Part shown: positions 60,553 to 64,000 of the stretch, piece after piece
How the letters are laid out: each line of letters begins with the position of its first letter
How positions within the stretch are numbered: the stretch's first letter is position 1
Assembly: GCF_021740465.1 (NCBI RefSeq)
Contig: NZ_JAIOZR010000001.1
Span: 88,800 to 152,799 of the forward strand
Direction: 5' to 3'
Source: Chlorobium sp.
GTDB lineage: Bacteria > Bacteroidota > Chlorobiia > Chlorobiales > Chlorobiaceae
DNA: 64,000 nt
Translations under genes and position numbers: made by a program
Notes under the pieces: generated by a model
What the model saw: the letters and a program-made list of their open reading frames with translations, nothing else
Database searches by the model: none
Told to the model about the DNA's origin: nothing

Positions 60553-61452
60553 ATGGGTACTTGCAATCTTGATCAGAACGGCCAGCCTGAAAACATAGCA
60601 TTCAATTATTATGCGAATCGTAGAAAAGCCCTCTATAGCCTGATGGGAATCATTGAGGGTATCCAATCCGATACGGTTATCACTGATTCTGAAATCGGAT
60701 TTCTCAGTGTATGGATAGATGAAAATGAAGAGTTATTCAGAAATGCCTTAATGGGTTCGCTACAACAAAAAATCCGCAAGATATGCCAACAATGCCATGT
60801 TTCACATGAAGAAGTGGCGGGTATCCGAGCAGCTGCAAGTATTCTTGTTTACGACAATGACAAGCTAATAGTAAACTATGGCCCTGAAAATGGTCATGAA
60901 TTATTACTTGGTATTTGCAAAGGAATCAGCTCCGACCGTATCCTGAATGATACTGAAATCGAATACCTTGCCGAATTTCTTGATAGAAACACTTTTCTGC
61001 GAAATTCTTGGCCGGGTTCTGAATTATTTTCAAAACTAAAAGCTGTTTTACAGGATGGAGTAATAACGGAAAATGAAAGAACGATTCTGAAGAATGCTAT
61101 CAATTCATTGTTTGGTGATTCTATAGCTCAGGGTATCACTGAGGGCTTATCTACCCGTTTCCCTGTTGATTCGGATGCTGAAATCATCTTCTCAGAACGT
61201 ACTTTCTGCCTTACGGGAACATTTCTGCACGGAGAACGTAAAGAGTGCGAAGCGCTCATTTCTAAACGAGGTGGCATACCGATGAAGTCAGTTACAAAAA
61301 AACTGAATTACCTTGTAATAGGGGCATTATCCTCAAGAGATTGGAAATTTTCAAATTATGGGCTCAAAATACAAAACGCTGTACTCAATCGGGATCAAAA
61401 AGGGTGTATCGTAAAAATTATCAACGAGGAAATGTGGCTTTCAGCACTCTAA
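60553..61452 (+). CDS. TerB-like-repeat / BRCT-domain protein, unknown function
   Basis: Start at the ATG at 60553 (AAGAGA 6 nt upstream). Three xD(G/T/R)xIx(D/E)xExxxL repeats (SDTVITDSEIGFL, SDRILNDTEIEYL, QDGVITENERTIL). The C-terminal FCLTGTFLHGERKECEALISKRGGIPMKSVTKKLNYLVIG is BRCT-like, as in the LigA C-terminus. Confidence 0.65.
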   Translation: MGTCNLDQNGQPENIAFNYYANRRKALYSLMGIIEGIQSDTVITDSEIGFLSVWIDENEELFRNALMGSLQQKIRKICQQCHVSHEEVAGIRAAASILVYDNDKLIVNYGPENGHELLLGICKGISSDRILNDTEIEYLAEFLDRNTFLRNSWPGSELFSKLKAVLQDGVITENERTILKNAINSLFGDSIAQGITEGLSTRFPVDSDAEIIFSERTFCLTGTFLHGERKECEALISKRGGIPMKSVTKKLNYLVIGALSSRDWKFSNYGLKIQNAVLNRDQKGCIVKIINEEMWLSAL

Positions 61453-61642
61453 TATTATCGGTCAGAAAACAAATTAGACAGGGCATGAATTACAGTAGTG
61501 TCTTTTCGGGGTTTTATCGGGCTTAGATCGGGAGTTTCAGGTTTACAAAAAGTATTTCATTGATGAGTGTCCGAAATGAAACCATCTACCAGTATGGCTT
61601 GCGGGTAAATTTCTTAATCAGCAATAGTCATAAGAAGAATTG

Positions 61643-61675
61643 AAGCCGGGAACGTATTTTCCTGGCTTTTTTGTT
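61643..61675 (+). terminator. rho-independent terminator
   Basis: AAGCCGGGAA-CGTATT-TTCCTGGCTT followed by TTTTGTT. About 190 nt after the BRCT gene stop and upstream of the endonuclease gene. Confidence 0.55.
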
Positions 61676-61839
61676 GTCTCACTGGGGCTGTTTTTCCGTT
61701 TTTGTGATGGTTTTGTGACGAAATGACCGGAGAAGCCTGTAAATACTGATGTCTGTATGAATCCCTGAACGACGTATCGACATACGTTGAAAACAATATC
61801 GGTACCTTTCACCAGAAAAGGATTGCAAGCCTCGACGGC

Positions 61840-62484
61840 TTGAGCCTGAAAAAAGTCCTGAAGAGAAAAAATCCCTACCTTTTCAAGGCGAAGTACGTTC
61901 TGACTGCCGAGGAAATCATCAGGGGCCTTGTCGATGCTCATATTTCATCGAACGAGGAAACAATTTTCGGCGACTGGCTTGAGGGACTTGCAATTTTCAT
62001 CAACGGAAAAGTCTATGGGGGCTGGAAATCAGGAATTGATGGAATAGATCTTGAATTTGATAACGATGGGCAGCGATTCATGGTTAACATCAAGTCCGGC
62101 CCGAACTGGGGAAATGCAAGCCAGATAAAAAAAATGAAATCCGACTTCAGAACAGCGGCTAAAACGCTTCGTACCAGTAATTCAGGACTGCAGGTTGTTG
62201 CGATCAACGGCTGTTGCTATGGAAAGAGCACCAATCCCGATAAAGGGGATTATTACAAGTACTGCGGTCAAAAATTTTGGGAATTCATCTCTGGAAATGC
62301 CGAACTTTACACAGAAATCATCGAACCATTGGGACATAAAGCGAAAGAAAAAAACGATGAATTTCAGCAATCCTACGCCCAGAGAATCAACATGTTCACT
62401 AAGACCTTTACCTGCGAATACTGCAAGGACAACGGGACCATCGACTGGAAAAAACTCGTGGAATTCAACTCGTCGGCCAGCTGA
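61840..62484 (+). CDS. PmeII/Eco47II-like type II restriction endonuclease (N-terminus apparently frameshifted)
   Basis: KRKNPYLFKAKYVLTAEEI...SSNEETIFGDWLEGLAIFI...GIDLEFDNDG...NIKSGPNWGNASQIKKM...CGQKFWEFISG matches my recollection of this REase family. The open frame continues upstream to 61750 without an ATG/GTG/TTG; see the finding. Confidence 0.65.
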   Translation: MSLKKVLKRKNPYLFKAKYVLTAEEIIRGLVDAHISSNEETIFGDWLEGLAIFINGKVYGGWKSGIDGIDLEFDNDGQRFMVNIKSGPNWGNASQIKKMKSDFRTAAKTLRTSNSGLQVVAINGCCYGKSTNPDKGDYYKYCGQKFWEFISGNAELYTEIIEPLGHKAKEKNDEFQQSYAQRINMFTKTFTCEYCKDNGTIDWKKLVEFNSSAS

Positions 62485-62637
62485 AACATGTGACTTCCAA
62501 AATTTGTTTCAGATCGCGCCCCTTCCCATCCTCATTCCGCTCAAAACCCGTGGCTAAAAAATCATTTTTTATAGCATTTTGCAACTACCGGAACACAACC
62601 CACCAACCAACTGTTCCTGCGCTTCGCCGAAAAAACG

Positions 62638-63813
62638 TCACAATTTCGAAAGTGCAGTAAGCAGATAATCAAACCCGATGCGCTCCTGCTCCAGCCTGAC
62701 CCGCTCACCCAGGCTGCCACTGCGCAAATCGTCGTACAGCGCCATTTCCTCACCGGTCAGCCTTGTCAGCTCCACGGTCTCGGGTGATGGCTCAACGCCC
62801 CATAGCGTTCTGTGAGCCAGAAGCGTCTCTCTGTCCATCAGCAGTGACTTCACTTCAGGAAAAAACCCGCGCAACTGATTGAGAATGGCGAAGCCGTGGG
62901 TATCGATGTCCCCCCAGTAATGGATCTTCCGCTCGCACACCCATTGGGCGTCTGCAAGGTTCTCGAAACCGTAACCGGCTCCAAAAATCACCATCGAGCG
63001 GAAAACAGGGGGAAATGCAAGGAAGTTGATTTCGTTTTCGGTAATGAACACCCTATCAACCGCAAGGTTGAGCCCGGCAAAGACTTGCTGCGTCAGGGTA
63101 ATATCCTGATCGGCATCAACCGGCAGGAGTGCGAGATCCGAATCGAGAATCCTGAAGCGTACCCGCAAGGGTTTTTCCCGGAATCCGTAACGGCGGCAGA
63201 ACCCCCCTGCACCTGAAGCCTCGGCATCGATAGCGTCCGATGGAAGCACGAGGTCGAACAGCTCACTCAGCACGCTACGATTCGCTTCGATAAACTTGCT
63301 GTGCACGCCCGGGAGATCGACCTGACGCAGATAAATATCCGAACGCGGATGCATCTGCAGCCAGGCGACGATCTGCAGAAGATTCGGCCACGATTCGGCA
63401 AGTTCAAGTGTGCGCAACGGACGCTTCCGGAGCCACGGAATCAGTTCGGGTTGCCTCTGGCGAGTCAGACGAACGAGATCGGTAAACCGTTCGGCATCGC
63501 GCACCTTGCCGATGAAGGCCAGCGCATCCCGAAGCGAATCGATCCATAGTTCCGCCGGAACTTCGTTGACACCGAGAACGCGATGATTGAACGTGCGCCA
63601 GACGATCCGGTAGTGCTTCGCCGCACCCGAAAGCTGCGCAATCCAGTCGCGGACCTCGGAAAACGATTCGCTGAGCTGCCGTGAATCGGGTCTTTTCAGG
63701 CTCAGACGTCGGGGAAAAAGCTCCTCGCCATCCATCAGAGCTGATAGCAGCCGTTCGCGATCCCAGAGTTTCTGCACCTGGGCCCTCAGATCAGCAGGAG
63801 TCGTCCAGTTCAT
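62638..63813 (-). CDS. jetD: Wadjet component JetD (DUF3322 + Toprim-like DUF2220)
   Basis: 391 aa. The C-terminal FITENEINFLAF...IFGAGYG...IHYWGDIDTHGFAILNQLR is the JetD Toprim/topo-VI-A-like signature. The start overlaps the upstream stop (ATGA). Confidence 0.85.
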   Translation of the reverse strand: MNWTTPADLRAQVQKLWDRERLLSALMDGEELFPRRLSLKRPDSRQLSESFSEVRDWIAQLSGAAKHYRIVWRTFNHRVLGVNEVPAELWIDSLRDALAFIGKVRDAERFTDLVRLTRQRQPELIPWLRKRPLRTLELAESWPNLLQIVAWLQMHPRSDIYLRQVDLPGVHSKFIEANRSVLSELFDLVLPSDAIDAEASGAGGFCRRYGFREKPLRVRFRILDSDLALLPVDADQDITLTQQVFAGLNLAVDRVFITENEINFLAFPPVFRSMVIFGAGYGFENLADAQWVCERKIHYWGDIDTHGFAILNQLRGFFPEVKSLLMDRETLLAHRTLWGVEPSPETVELTRLTGEEMALYDDLRSGSLGERVRLEQERIGFDYLLTALSKL

Positions 63814-64000
63814 CCTGGTTCTCCCTGTTTCGCTGCGCGATACTCCTCGATGGTGAGATTGCGCAGCACCGAAGCCCGTCCGTCCTCGTTATAAACAAAA
63901 CCCACTCCCGAAACGTAGGGCTCGATAATATGGATTTTCTGAAGCGGAGTGACAATCAGCAGCTGCAGGTTGAGTTGTGCGAAAAGCTGCAGACCGTACT
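63810..64000 (-). CDS. jetC: Wadjet SMC-like ATPase JetC, C-terminal end only (gene continues beyond the window)
   Basis: Hand translation of the minus strand gives ...YGLQLFAQLNLQLLIVTPLQKIHIIEPYVSGVGFVYNEDGRASVLRNLTIEEYRAAKQGEPG*. This is the conserved JetC tail. Confidence 0.7.
   Translation of the reverse strand, partial: YGLQLFAQLNLQLLIVTPLQKIHIIEPYVSGVGFVYNEDGRASVLRNLTIEEYRAAKQGEPG

Noticed and set aside
61555-61581. TTTCAT-TGATGAG-TGTC-CGAAA-TGAAA, reminiscent of a hammerhead ribozyme core (CUGAUGA...GAAA)
   Set aside because: The conserved C before UGAUGA is a U here. There is no room for a stem II between GATGAG and CGAAA, and no cleavage-site stem III context is evident. Most likely a chance match within a simple 7-bp hairpin.
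52680-64000. Search for a third copy of the prfC att 47-mer defining the right end of the integrase-bearing element
   Set aside because: I checked every GAATTC-containing site in this interval (for example 54527, 54784, 56608, 59555, 60324, 62281 and 62461) and none extends into the repeat. The right boundary is therefore left undefined.
1-64000. CRISPR arrays, rRNA genes, additional tRNAs
   Set aside because: No regularly spaced short direct repeats and no rRNA-like segments were noticed. Only one tRNA-shaped sequence (30753-30828) was found by eye. A covariance-model scan would be needed to exclude others.

Overview
Chromosomal segment whose gene content and frequent lack of Shine-Dalgarno sequences suggest a Chlorobiota/FCB-group genome (inference, not verified). 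About 80% is ordinary housekeeping. Left to right: a partial FAD/Fe-S oxidase; a small cluster of a Nif11-like peptide, alpha/beta hydrolase, SDR and GT2; a secreted pentapeptide-repeat protein; an RND efflux pair; a complete phosphate regulon block (porin, two tandem pstS, pstCAB, phoU); a GNAT/PlsC-like acyltransferase pair; an SLC13-type permease; LptF/G; secG with tRNA-Lys(CTT); hisB; oadGAB; class I and class II fumarases; usp; htpG; a neuB-like/kdsC-like pair; ppk2; ppa; an alanine symporter; and prfC. Two regions look horizontally acquired. (1) About 27.0-30.75 kb is a visibly AT-rich stretch between lptF/G and tRNA-Lys, holding an H-NS-like gene, an FkbM-type methyltransferase and decayed ORFs. 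(2) From the 3' end of prfC (51.65 kb) to the window end is an accretion zone. The last 47 nt of prfC are duplicated about 1 kb downstream, and the two copies bracket only a YefM/YoeB toxin-antitoxin pair. Next comes an integrase-bearing, phage-satellite-like element: SPPY DNA methylase, tyrosine integrase, excisionase-like HTH, split P4-type helicase and Zn-ribbon/Toprim primase, and a P27-type small terminase with no other virion genes. It is followed by AT-rich cargo (a TerB-like-repeat/BRCT protein and a 5'-frameshifted PmeII/Eco47II-like restriction endonuclease), then the end of a Wadjet operon (jetC partial, jetD). I rank the satellite-like element and its TerB-like/BRCT cargo gene as the best candidates for something undescribed. 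No rRNA genes or CRISPR arrays were seen. All family assignments come from motif recognition by eye and need HMM/BLAST confirmation.
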